Below are positions 1 through 10,089 of a stretch of 32,691 nucleotides of DNA, piece by piece (position 1 is the stretch's first letter; the number at the start of each line of letters is the position of its first letter). A model generated the notes under the pieces. It was given only the letters and a program-made list of their open reading frames with translations, did not search any database and was not told where the DNA came from. The position numbers and the translations under genes were made by a program. The stretch is from assembly GCF_004010195.1 (NCBI RefSeq), contig NC_057757.1, positions 4,489,049 through 4,521,739 of the forward strand, written 5' to 3'. The stretch is from Chiloscyllium plagiosum (taxonomy: Eukaryota).

Positions 1-418
1 ACATGGGTCGCAAATCTCTCCTGGTGTTGTCACGTGACACAAACTGTTGTGCAATCAAAAGTGTGGGGTGCTGTTAAAGTCATCCACTATGTACTAACAC
101 CATGCATTCCATTTATTGTGATCTTGCTGTTCAATGCTTTAACGGTCAGGTACATTTTAGGGACTAACAGAGCCCGCATCAGACTCCAGAGTGATGGCTG
201 TGGAGAGTGTCCCAGTCACCCTGAGATGGAGAGTCTCAGGAAGCCCATTACGATCCTGTCGGCTATATCAGGGAACTTCATATTGTCATGGGGAATATTT
301 ATTGGAGAATGGAGAACCTTGGATATGAGTCACTGGCATCTATGCAATAACACAACACAAATTCAGAGAAGAGGTGAAATATCTGTTATCGTTTTCATTT
401 ATTACCAATACAAAATAA
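1..418 (+). pseudogene. GPR139-like GPCR pseudogene, 3' part of exon 2 (ECL2 to helix 8); 5' part lies outside the window
   Basis: Frame 1 from base 1 reads TWVANLSWCCHV..VWGAVKVIHYVLTPCIPFIVILLFNALTVRYIL..NRARIRL..PEMESLRKP..ISGNFILSW, collinear with the intact paralogue at 17400-17700. Homology shifts to frame 3 at ~300 (YWRMENLGYES vs LKRFDYLGYP) and to frame 2 at 332 (TGIYAITQHKFREEVK..TAA 416-418 vs TFIYAVTQRKFREELK). Most of TM7 is deleted. Confidence 0.85.
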
Positions 419-496
419 TTTCAAACAGGAAAAGAAATTATCGCCAGTGCATCACCAGGTCCGTGTTTTTATTTGTCTGTTGCTGAATGGTTTCTG

Positions 497-3075
497 CATA
501 GAGTCATACAGTCTTACAGCACAGAGACAGGGTCTTCGGCCCTAACTGCTCCATGCCAACCAAAATGTCTGTCCATGGTAACCGCATTTCACTGCATTTG
601 GCCCATATCCTTCTAATCCTTTCCTATCTATGTAATTGTCCGATTGCCTTTTCAGTGTTATTAATGTACCCACCTCAACCACTTCCACTGGCAGCTCATT
701 CCATATGCGTAAAAAAGGTTGTCCCTCAGGTTCCCTTTTATTCTTTCCCCTCTAACCTTAAACTGATGCCCTCTAGACTTTGATTCCCCAACCCTGGGTA
801 AGAGACTGAGTGCATTCACCTTATCCATGCCTCTCATGATCTTATACCCCTCAATATGATCCCCCTCCGTCTCCTATGCTCTAAAGAAAATGTCCTAGCT
901 TGTCCAACCTCTCCCTGATGAGCCCTGGCAACATTCTTGTAAATTTCTTCTGCACTATTTCCAGTTTAATAACATCCTTCCTGTAGCAAGATGACCAAAA
1001 CTGAACACAATGCTCCAAGTGTGGTCTCCCCGATGTCCTGTACAACTGCAACATAACTTCCCAACTTCTATACTCAGTGGCCTGACTGATGAAGGCTGAT
1101 GTGTCCTGTCTTCACTCCCTGTCAACCTGTGATTCCACTTTCAGAGAACCGTGCACCTGAACTGCAAGGTCTTTCTGTTCCTCTACACTCCTTAAGGCCC
1201 TACCATTCACCATGAAACACCTACCTTGATCTGACTTTCCAAAATGCAACACATCACTTTTATCTATATTAAACTCCACTTGCCAATTCTTGGTTCACTG
1301 CCCCAGCTGAACAAGATTCTGCTGCAATTTCCGACATCCTTCCTCACCGCCCACGATGCCACCTATTTTAATGTCATCTGCAAACTTAGTAATCACGCCT
1401 TGTACATTCTCATCCAACTCATTGATACAGATAACAAACAGCAATGAACCCACCACCGAGCCCTGGGGCACTCCACTAGTCACAGGCCTCCAGTCCAAAA
1501 ATCATCCTTCCACTGTTACTCCCTGCTTCCTACCATCAAGTCAATCCCACCGGATTCCATGCAATCTAGTCTTCCAGAGCAGCCTACCATGTGGAACCTT
1601 ATCAAAAGCCTTACTGAAATCCATTTGAACTACATCTACTGAACTGCCCTCGTCAACCTTCCTGGTCACTTCATCAAAGAATTCTAGTAAATTTGTGAGG
1701 CATGATCTCCCACTCACAAAGACATGCTAACTACTCCCTAATCAAGCGCTGTGTCTCCAAATGCATGTACATCTTATCTCTCAGAATCTTCCCAAGTAAC
1801 GTACTCACCATAGATTTTAAGCTCACTGGTCTATAGTTCCTGGGCTTCTCTTTTGTAAGTAAAGGCACAACATTCGCTACCCTTCAGTCTTCCGGGACCT
1901 CACCCATGGCTGATGATGATGATGATGCAAAAATATCAGCCAGAGCTCCTGCAATTTCTTAGCTAGCTTCTTGCAGTGTTTTTGGATATGGCTGGTCAGG
2001 ACCAGAAGATATATCCGCCTTCATACATTCTAAACATCCAACACCGCCTTTTCTGTGATATGGACTGTCCCCAGAGGCATGTCCATTAACTTCTCCAAGT
2101 TCCCAGTCTTCATGTCTTTCTCCACGGTAAACACAGAGGAGAAATATTCATTGAGGACCTCACCCATTTCCTGTGGTTCTACACATGCATGTCTACTTTG
2201 GTCCTTGAGGTGTCTTATTCCCTATTTCTTCTTTTTCCTTTAATATAGTTAAAGAATTTCTTTGGATTCACCCTAATCTTCTCAGCCAAGGCTATCTCAT
2301 TCCTCCTTTTTGCCCTCCTGATTTCCTCCTTCAGTAAACTCCTGGATCCCCTGTGTACCTCCAGCGATTCTCTTGATCCCAGCTGCATGTCCCTGAGCAA
2401 CTCTTCCTTCTTTTTCCTGGTCAAAGCCTCAATACCTCTTGTATTCCTGCCCTTTCACCCTCACAGGAACTTATAGACCTCGAACTCTAGCTATCACACT
2501 TTTAAAGGCCTCCCCCTTGCCAGAGGTCCCTTTGCCTGCAAACTACTCCAATCAAACCCTCACAAGCTCCTGTCTAATTCCATCCAAATTCGCCTTGCCC
2601 TAATTTAGAACTTGAAGCCGTGGACCAGTTTTGACCTTCTCCGTAACCATTGTAAAATTAATAGGACTATGGTCACTGGTGCCAAAGTGCTCCCCCACTG
2701 TCACCTCCGTCACCTGTCCTGCCCTGTTTCCCAAGAGTAGGTCGGATTTTGCCCCTTCCTGAACAGGATTCTTTATATCCTGCTTGAGGAAACTTTCCTG
2801 AACATACTTAACAAATTGCACACCATCTAAGCCCTTAATACTGTGGCAGTCCCAGTCGATGTTAGGAAAATTAAAAGCCCCCACTACGACAAGCCTATTG
2901 CTGCTCTCTCCAGTCTCCCTGCATATTTGTTCCTCTAATTACCATTGACTATTTGGGGCCGATAATACAACCCCAATAATGTCATCATCCCCTTCTTATA
3001 TCCTGCCTCCGCCCACAAAGTCTCACTGATGATCCCTCACTTATTCCGTCTCTAACTGCTGCTGTGATACTCCCC
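497..3075 (-). mobile_element. CR1-clade LINE, degenerate ORF2 (APE + RT) with 3' UTR
   Basis: Minus-strand peptides DWRPVTSGVPQGSVVGSLLFVICINELDE..KFADDIKIGG (RT, 1295-1498) and GAFNFPNIDW..SDH (APE, 2600-2884). CR1-type 3' end near 497-560. Many stops and frameshifts. Confidence 0.9.
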
Positions 3076-3119
3076 TTGAACACAAATGTAAATCTCGGGG
3101 AATGATGTCAAATCTCAGT

Positions 3120-3225
3120 CAATGATGCCCAACCTTTTCAAAGTCAAGGCCCACTTCAACGAGACAAATAATACCAGGGCACACCCACGGTTTTACAAAT
3201 GCGAAGCGCAGTGTTGGAGATGTGC
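3120..3225. repeat. Short interspersed repeat, copy 1 of 3 (possible hAT-type MITE)
   Basis: CCCAACCTTTTC..CAAGGCCCACTTCAACGAGACAAATAA core shared with ~5080-5180 and ~14635-14745. Confidence 0.55.
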
Positions 3226-3912
3226 ACATGGATGCCTCTGGAGATTGTGCCTGCTCTGTTGTAAGGTATGCTTGCTGTCAGGAGGAGATTCCTTCAATAA
3301 TAGATCGCAAACACGAAGACGGACACAATGCCCAGGGAAAGCAGCACTGCCTCCTAGACAATCCACAACCGACTTCTCGCCTTGCACCATGCACCAGTGT
3401 GCTGAGGCACACCAGTTGTAAAGCACTGAGGATGATTCTTCAGGACGGTCAAAAGCATTGCATCCTCACTCTCTCGGCTTCCTTTTCCTTTGAAATCCTG
3501 GATGTAGATCAGAAGATCCACATGATTTATCAACTGTTTAATTTATCCTGGGTGCTTTTCTTGAGGAGCATTAATTAACTAAATTTGTAAGGTCAGTTAA
3601 GTGCCTTGAATCCACATTATTTTGATCAGAATTTACACTTTCCCACATGAATACAGACAGAATAATTTTTTTTAAGGATCTGTGGCTTCTCCTGCCTCTT
3701 GCTCTCAGGAGGATGTATTCCACCTTGTGCCACTGTTCTGTTTCACATACTTATGGACATTTGTTTATGTTTTGGTACCTTTATCTTTTCTCTCTATCGT
3801 TCATTTCTAATTCTGCATCAACCCCTTTTGGAAGAAGGGCTGTCCCAAACACTCACAAGTCTATGAGAGAGAAAAATGTTTCCTCAGCTCTGTTTCAATC
3901 GCCTTACCAGCT

Positions 3913-4176
3913 GAGCAGCACGTTGGCACAGTGGTTAGTGCTGCTACTTTACAGTGCCAGGGACCTGGGTTCGAGCCCTGCCTCGGGCAACTGCCTGTGT
4001 GGAGTTTGCACGTTGTCTGTGTGAGTTTTCTCTGGGTTCTCCCGTTTCTTCCCACAGTCCAAGCCCTTGCCAGTTAGGTAAATTGGCTATGCTAAGGTGG
4101 GTTGCTCTTCAGAGGGTCGGTGTGGACTTGTTGGGCTGAAGGGCCTGTTTCCACATTGTAGGGAGTCTAACCTAAT
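3913..4176 (+). mobile_element. HE1-type tRNA-derived SINE
   Basis: A box TGGCACAGTGG, B box GGTTCGAGCCC, V-domain TGTGTGGAGTTTGCACGTT, tail GGGCCTGTTTCCACATTGTAGGGAGTCTAACCTAAT. Confidence 0.9.
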
Positions 4177-4199
4177 TTTTTTTAAATTGAAGATATGTT

Positions 4200-4660
4200 A
4201 AACGATGCATCTTGTAGATGGTACACACAGCCGGTGGTGGAGGGACTGGGTGGGCATAGATGTGATGCCAATCAAGCGGCTGCTTTGTCCCTGGATGGTG
4301 TCAAGCTTCCCCGAGTGCCGTTGGCAAGTGGGGAGGATTCCCTCACACTCCTGAGTGTTACTTTGCAGATGTTTGACAGACTTTGGGGAGTCAGGAGGTG
4401 AGTTACCTGCTGCAATATTGCAACTTCTGACCTGCTCTTGGCGGTCTGTTTACCCAGAGCACATGGACTGCAGCAATTCAACAAAGCAACTCAACACCAC
4501 CTTCTCTAGGATAACTAGGATAGGAAATAAATGCTGCCGCACCCAGACAGACCCACATCCCATGAGATGCTCAAAACTCCATTCGATTTATGTGGCTATC
4601 TTTGTTCAGTTTCGAGTCAGGGGCTCTAGGATGTGGCTGGTGGAGAAATCAGTGATTGGA
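4200..4660 (-). mobile_element. Old LINE fragment (CR1/L2 group) containing a plus-strand LINE 3'-tail fragment at ~4450-4570
   Basis: The 4458-4570 piece (CATGGACTGCAG..AATAAATGCTG..CCCACATCCCATGA) is the reverse complement of the LINE tail at 28185-28270. The same nested arrangement occurs at 15490-15860. Confidence 0.6.
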
Positions 4661-4824
4661 GCCTCATTGAATATGCCCATTGAATCATGGCAACACTGCA
4701 TCAGTCTCAATACTGCCAATGACATTCTCATTTCTCTTCAATATTTGTTCTTATTTCCCATGATTTATTTGTTTCAGAAGATACCTTTGTTGTACATGGA
4801 CTATTCTATTAATGTGCAGATTCT

Positions 4825-5270
4825 ATATAAATGATTTGAACATTATTGTATGAGGGATGGTCAGTAGGTTTGCTGATGGGACAAGAATTGGTGAGGTGGT
4901 GAATAGTGAGGAGGATAGTTTTACATTACAGAAGGATGTAGACCGCTTTTCAGAAGAGCAGACCGTGTCAAATGGAATTCAACCAGGATCAATGTGATGT
5001 GGTGTACTTGGACAAGGCAAACAAGACGAGGGGAATGCATGATGAACAGATGGATGAGAACACCAGAGAATCAAGGTGAATTTTTCCCAACCTTTTCTGT
5101 CTCAGGCCCCCTTCAATGAGACAAATAAGACCCCGGCACTCCCACATTCACAGGCACAGTATCAGACTCTGGGAAGCAGAGAAGATCAGACTGAGCTTGA
5201 TGTGCATGATCCTTAATGCCTTAAAGTTAATAGTCAGGTGGTTAAAGTGTTTGCCTTTATTAGTACAGGC
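4825..5270 (+). mobile_element. Old CR1 RT fragment interrupted by the short repeat at ~5080-5180
   Basis: YINDL..GMVSRFADGTRIGEVVNSEED..LQKDVD-like coding remnant. CR1-like sequence resumes at ~5190. Confidence 0.65.
5080..5180. repeat. Short interspersed repeat, copy 2 of 3 (possible hAT-type MITE)
   Basis: TTCCCAACCTTTT..CAGGCCCCCTTCAATGAGACAAATAA..TGGGAAGCA, with imperfect TTCCCA/TGGGAA termini. Sits inside a CR1 fragment. Confidence 0.55.
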
Positions 5271-5339
5271 TCACACTGATCCAGGGTTTTGGTTTTCTTT
5301 GCTCTCACAAGTTAAAGTTGGATTTGTTTGGATTTGAAG

Positions 5340-6761
5340 TTACAGGAATAGTGCCAGAAAACCGGAGGTTAGAAAATGCTCAAAAGGGGAGTAGAGTCAA
5401 CCCAGGTAATTATAGACCATCGGGCCTTACTTCGGTTGTGGGTAAACTGTTGGAAAAAGTTATAAGAGATACGATTTATAATTATCTAGAAAGAAATAAT
5501 TTGATTAGGAATAGTCAACACGGTTTTGTGAAGGGTAGGTTGTGCCTCACAAACCTCATTGAGTTCTTTGAGAAGGTGACCAAACAGGTTGATGAGGGTA
5601 AAGCAGTTGATGTGATGTACATCGGTTTCAGTAAAACGTTTGATAAGGTTCCCCGTGGTACGCTATTGCACAAAATACAGAGCAATGGAATGAGAGTGAT
5701 TTAGCGATTTGGATCAGAAATTGGCTAGCTGTAAGAAGACAGAGTTGGTGGTTGATGGGAAATGTTCATCCTGGAGGTAAGTTACTAGTGGTGTACCGCA
5801 ATGATCTGTTTTGGGGCCACTGCTGTTTGTCATTTTTACAAATGATGTAGATGAGGGTGTAGAAGGATGACTTAGTTAAATTTGCAGATGACACTAAGGT
5901 CGGTGGAGTTGCAGACAGTGCTGAAGGATGTTGCAGGTTACAGAGGGATATAGGTAAACTGCAGAGCTGGGCTGAGAGGTGGCAAATGAAGGTTAATGTG
6001 GAAAAGTGTGAGGTGATTCACTTTGGAAAGAGCAACAGGAATAAAGAGGACTGGGCTAATGATAAGATCCTAGGTAGTGTGGATGAGCAGAGAGATCTCG
6101 GTGTCCACATACATAGATCCCTGAAAGTTGTCACCCAGGTTGATAGGGTTTTTAAGAAGGCATACAATGTGTTAGGTTTTATTGGTAGAGGGATGGAATT
6201 TCAGAGCCATGAGGTCATGTTGCAGCTATACAAAATGCTAGTGCAACCGCACTTGGAGTATTGTGTATAGTTCTTGTTGCCACATTATAGGAAGGATGTG
6301 GAAGCTTTGGAAAGGGTTCAAAGGATGTTGCCTGGTATGGAAGGAAGGTCTTATGAGGAAAGGCTGAGGGACATGAGGCTGTTTTCATTAGAGAGAAGGT
6401 TGAGAGGTGACTTACTTGAGACATATAAGATAATCAGAAGGTTAGAGAGGGTGGGCAGTGACCATTTTTCCTCGGATGGTGATGGCTAGCACAATGGTAA
6501 ATAGCTTTAAATTGAGGGATGATAGATATAGGATAGATGTCAGAGGTAGTTTTCTTACTCAGAGAGTAATAGGGGCATGGAACACACTGCCTGCAATAGT
6601 AGTAGACTCACTAAATCTAAGGGCATTAAAATGGTCATTGGATCGACATATGGATGAAAATGGAATAGTGTAGGTTAGCTGGGCTTCAGATTGGTTTCAC
6701 AGGTCGGCGCAACATCGAGGGCTGAAGGGCCTATACTGCGCTATAATGTTCTATGTTCTAT
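5340..6761 (+). mobile_element. CR1 LINE, 5'-truncated, RT to 3' tail
   Basis: PGNYRP..LTSVVGKLLEK..SQHGFVKGRLCLTNLIEFFE..FDKVP, KFADDTK and LYKMLVQPHLEYCV. Ends in (TATGTTC)n tail at ~6745-6761. Confidence 0.92.
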
Positions 6762-6762
6762 A

Positions 6763-7197
6763 ATCTGCTACATACAACTGCCTCTCTGCTGCAGGAAGAA
6801 GTTTAAGTTCTCTCTCAACTGCGAGATTCATTCGGTTGGTGTTCCTCCCCCTGGACTGGAGGATACAGCAAGTGAAGGAAGTATCTTTTGCTGAATTGGC
6901 TTGTACCAAGGATGGGTTTATGGGATGCTGCTATACTGGAGCATTTAATGATTAGTCGTTCAATAATATACTAGTTTATTGAGTATTTCAGTCGAGTTAA
7001 AATTATGAAAATTGTTCTTTTTTTGTAATTTAACTGTGATATAAGAATAAAATATGTTTTGCTTAAAGTCTGGATGTTTGACCAATTGAATCACATCTGG
7101 AATGCAGGACCTTACATTTGCCTTTAAGTAAGAGAAAAGTTAGGGTCCAGGCTATCTCCTTGGTACGTTTATAGAGGGTATGGCCTGGTCCATAACA
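6763..7197 (+). mobile_element. Partial LTR (3' portion) of an LTR retrotransposon
   Basis: Contains AATAAA (~7047) and ends in CCATAACA (7190-7197), the same terminal type as the LTR at 9067-9907. The 5' end is missing. Confidence 0.5.
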
Positions 7198-7199
7198 AA

Positions 7200-7755
7200 G
7201 ATCACTGAATTGTTACAGCACAGAAGGAGGCCATTAAGATGTTGCGTCTGAACTGGCTCTGAAAAGGAACAATTCACTTAATGTCACTCCATCATGTCAG
7301 TTAATGACCCAGTTCTCCCTCAAATGCCTCAGTTGAATTTTCCTTCACTGTTACCTGAAGCAGTGTATCCCAATACAAATGATTAGCTGCAGGATTTTTT
7401 TTTCATGTCTCCATTGCTTCTATCACTGGCGATTTCCATTCCACGTTGAAGTATTTGTGGATCCTGCTATCATTGAGAGCAGTGCTCTTTCAATATTATT
7501 TCAGTCCAGACTCCTCATGATTTGACAACCTAAAGTGAACCTTCAATGAACCTTCTTCATTCTGCTTGAAGATTAATGTCCATCTTGCAATTCTAGCCAC
7601 CTAACTGAGGCTCCTCATGGTTTTGAAATATTTGTGTATCTGTCCCTCGCGCTCTCTAATATCTTCACATCCTTCCTAAAGTGTAAAATCAACAACCAGA
7701 CACTACTCCCTGTGCTGGAGATGCTGTGTTAGATGCACATTAAATATAACCTCCT
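7200..7755 (-). mobile_element. Ancient CR1 3' fragment
   Basis: CR1-type 3' end TTACAGCACAGAAGGAGGCCATT and degenerate CACATCCTTCCTAAAGTG motif. Highly diverged. Confidence 0.5.
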
Positions 7756-8290
7756 TAGAACATAGAACATAGAACATTACAGCACAGTACAGTTCCTTCA
7801 GCCCTCGATGTTGCGCCAACCTGTGAAACCAATCTGAAGCCCATCTAACCTACACTGTTCCATTCTCATCCATATGTTTATCCAGTGACCATTTAAATGC
7901 CTTTAAAGTTGGAGAGTCTACTATTGTTGCAGACAGTGTGTTCCATGCCCTTACTACTCTCTGAGTAAAGAAACTACCTCTGACATCTGTCCTACATCAA
8001 TCACCCCCTCAATTTAGGGGTCCCCTCATGCTAGCCATTATCATCTGAGGAAAACGCCTCTCACTATACACCATATCTAACCCTCTGATTATCTTATATG
8101 TCTCAATTAAGTCACTTTTCAACCTTCTTTTCTATTGAAAAGAGCCTCAAGTCCCTCAGCCTTTCCTCATAAGACCTTCTCTCCATACTAGACAAAATCC
8201 TCGTAAATCTCCTCTGAACCTTTTCCAAATCTCTTCCTAGAATGTGGTGACCAGAACTGTACGCAATACTCCAAGTGCAGCTGCACCTGA
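7756..8290 (-). mobile_element. CR1 LINE 3' fragment, same subfamily as 5340-6761, in inverted orientation
   Basis: Starts with (AGAACAT)n tail. Reverse complement aligns to ~6245-6761 (RSYEERLRDLRLFS; HLEYCVQFWSPH). Confidence 0.9.
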
Positions 8291-9066
8291 ATTCCTTGTT
8301 TCTCACATGCCTCTGGTAATAAAGCCTTGGTTTCCAATAACTTCATGAACAACTCTCTGCCTCCCATCCCTCTAAACGCTGTTGAATACAGGCCCAGTTG
8401 AACCAATCTCTCCTCATACAGCAGCCCTGACATCCCCGATAACCACCTGGTGTCCATTTGTTGCACTTTCTCCTTCACCTTTAATGACAAACATACAAAT
8501 TCTCAGGCTGCATTTCCCTGTAACCTGTTTGGAATTATGTGCTCTTGATTATATTGTATCTTTTTGATCTTCTGATCCAGTCGACACTTCTTATGACCTC
8601 AGTGTTTTTAAATTCCCCTGGTCTCTGCTCGTCTCTGAAGATTCTTTACAAATGGGAAAGGACGTGATAGAAAGCATTGAAACAGAAGACTGGGAATGAG
8701 GAACATTTTTACAACCTTGAGGTTGTAAACCCTCCCAAATGAAGGAGCGGCCCAGATCCTGTGATATCAGTCATGGGGCAACATTGCGATGTCTGCTGCT
8801 TTTGGGGAGCCACATTGGGACAACTAAAGAGGAGTTGAGTTACTTTGGAGCCTGGGAATTGCCTGACACCAGACATGACTCCAGTGTTTGGGCCGGGGGG
8901 GGGGGTGAGGTTGGTGTGTATACGTCGATGTTCCTGCTCAGGTCTGTCAGCATATTACCCTGTGTCACTTCCCCTGCATTTCCCTTTCAATTTATTTGGG
9001 ATTTCAATGATCAGAGCCTGCTCGGCAGGGCTGCACTGGTCCTTAGGAGGGGGATCCAAACACTCC

Positions 9067-9907
9067 TGTTATGAAGGTGTAGAGGTGTACTGTACCTTTA
9101 AGAGAGTTGAAAAACTAACAAGGATTGCCTGACGCAGCACAGAGTGTGCTGAACAAAGTAACAATGTCAACATAAATAGCAGCAGCTAGGTTGCATGAAA
9201 CAAAAACAGTTCAAATTTGGCCAATCAGTTTAAATTATGCCCCAAGATACCAAAATCCAATCAAATTTGAATTTAGTATTTTGAAAAATTTAAAACCAAG
9301 GGAACGATCCGATGTTTTGGAGTATAAAAACAGAGACTTTGAACAGTTAGGGGGAGAACTGCCAAGCCACTAACAAGTATGGACTGCCAGCAGAACAACT
9401 CTCTGAAAGGTACCTGTCTATAAGTTTGTGCATCATAACCAACCTGGAGACAATCTACAGAGGAAGGTCTACAAAGGAGAATTGGCAAAGCTGACTGGTT
9501 TCGAAACATGATTTTTATTTGTACATCTTAATTGGGATTTTTTTTTTGTCTAACTAGTATTATAGAGTGGGAGTAAAAGATAGGTATAAGAGAAAGGAGT
9601 TGTAAATAGGAAAGGTGCAGTCACCTTGTTGGGTGTTTACTATAGGCCCCCCAATAGCAGCAGAGATGTGGAGAAACAGATTGGGAATATTGTTCTATGT
9701 TCTATGTTCTATGTTCTATGTTCTAAATAGTTGTTGGTTTTAATTTTCTCTGTTGGGCTTAAAGAATAAGGTTGTTAGTTTTTACTTTAAGTAGTGATCT
9801 CTGGGATCGTTCTTTGCCTCTCAAATTTTAACAGATTACAGCACGAGGTGAACCTTTTTTGTGATGCTGGTTTAAATTAGCAGAGGAGTTTACCCCATGT
9901 CATAACT
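9067..9907 (+). mobile_element. 5' LTR of Gmr1-like Gypsy retrotransposon
   Basis: Inverted termini TGTTATGA ... TCATAAC(T). Followed immediately by a PBS-like sequence and gag. Confidence 0.8.
9610..9723 (+). mobile_element. Internally deleted mini-CR1 inserted in the LTR
   Basis: APE-coding piece KGAVTLLGVYYRPPNSSRDVEKQIG joined directly to a (TATGTTC)n tail. Flanked by TAAATAG at 9603-9609 and 9724-9730. Confidence 0.75.
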
Positions 9908-9930
9908 GTTGGGAGCTTTGGTCCGAGATT
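9908..9930 (+). promoter_or_regulatory. Degenerate primer-binding site, tRNA-Pro type
   Basis: GTTGGGAGCTTTGGTCCGAGATT directly after the LTR resembles the tRNA-Pro PBS TGGGGGCTCGTCCGGGAT. Confidence 0.6.
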
Positions 9931-10089
9931 TGAACTGGTTTAGACAGATTTGAATAGATTTGGGGGTACGAAAAATCCCAGCAGATTTGAACACTTGCAG
10001 GTTAGTGTCCTAGATATTAAAATAAAATGTAGGTGGGACAATTGTTTAATTTCAGTGACTTGTGGTTGATTAAATTAAAAGTGAGAGAA

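Noticed and set aside
3122..3578. Overlapping Cys-rich ORFs (99, 118 and 77 aa)
   Set aside because: No recognisable domain or splice context; nothing supports coding status.
6763..7197. Partner LTR of the element at 9067-13340
   Set aside because: Only the terminal CATAAC motif is similar. It lies upstream of the 5' LTR and its internal sequence does not align.
9688..9724. Short tandem repeats resembling arrays (also 7756-7777, 22915-22966)
   Set aside because: LINE tails or element-internal repeats with no spacers; not CRISPR-like, and the DNA is vertebrate.
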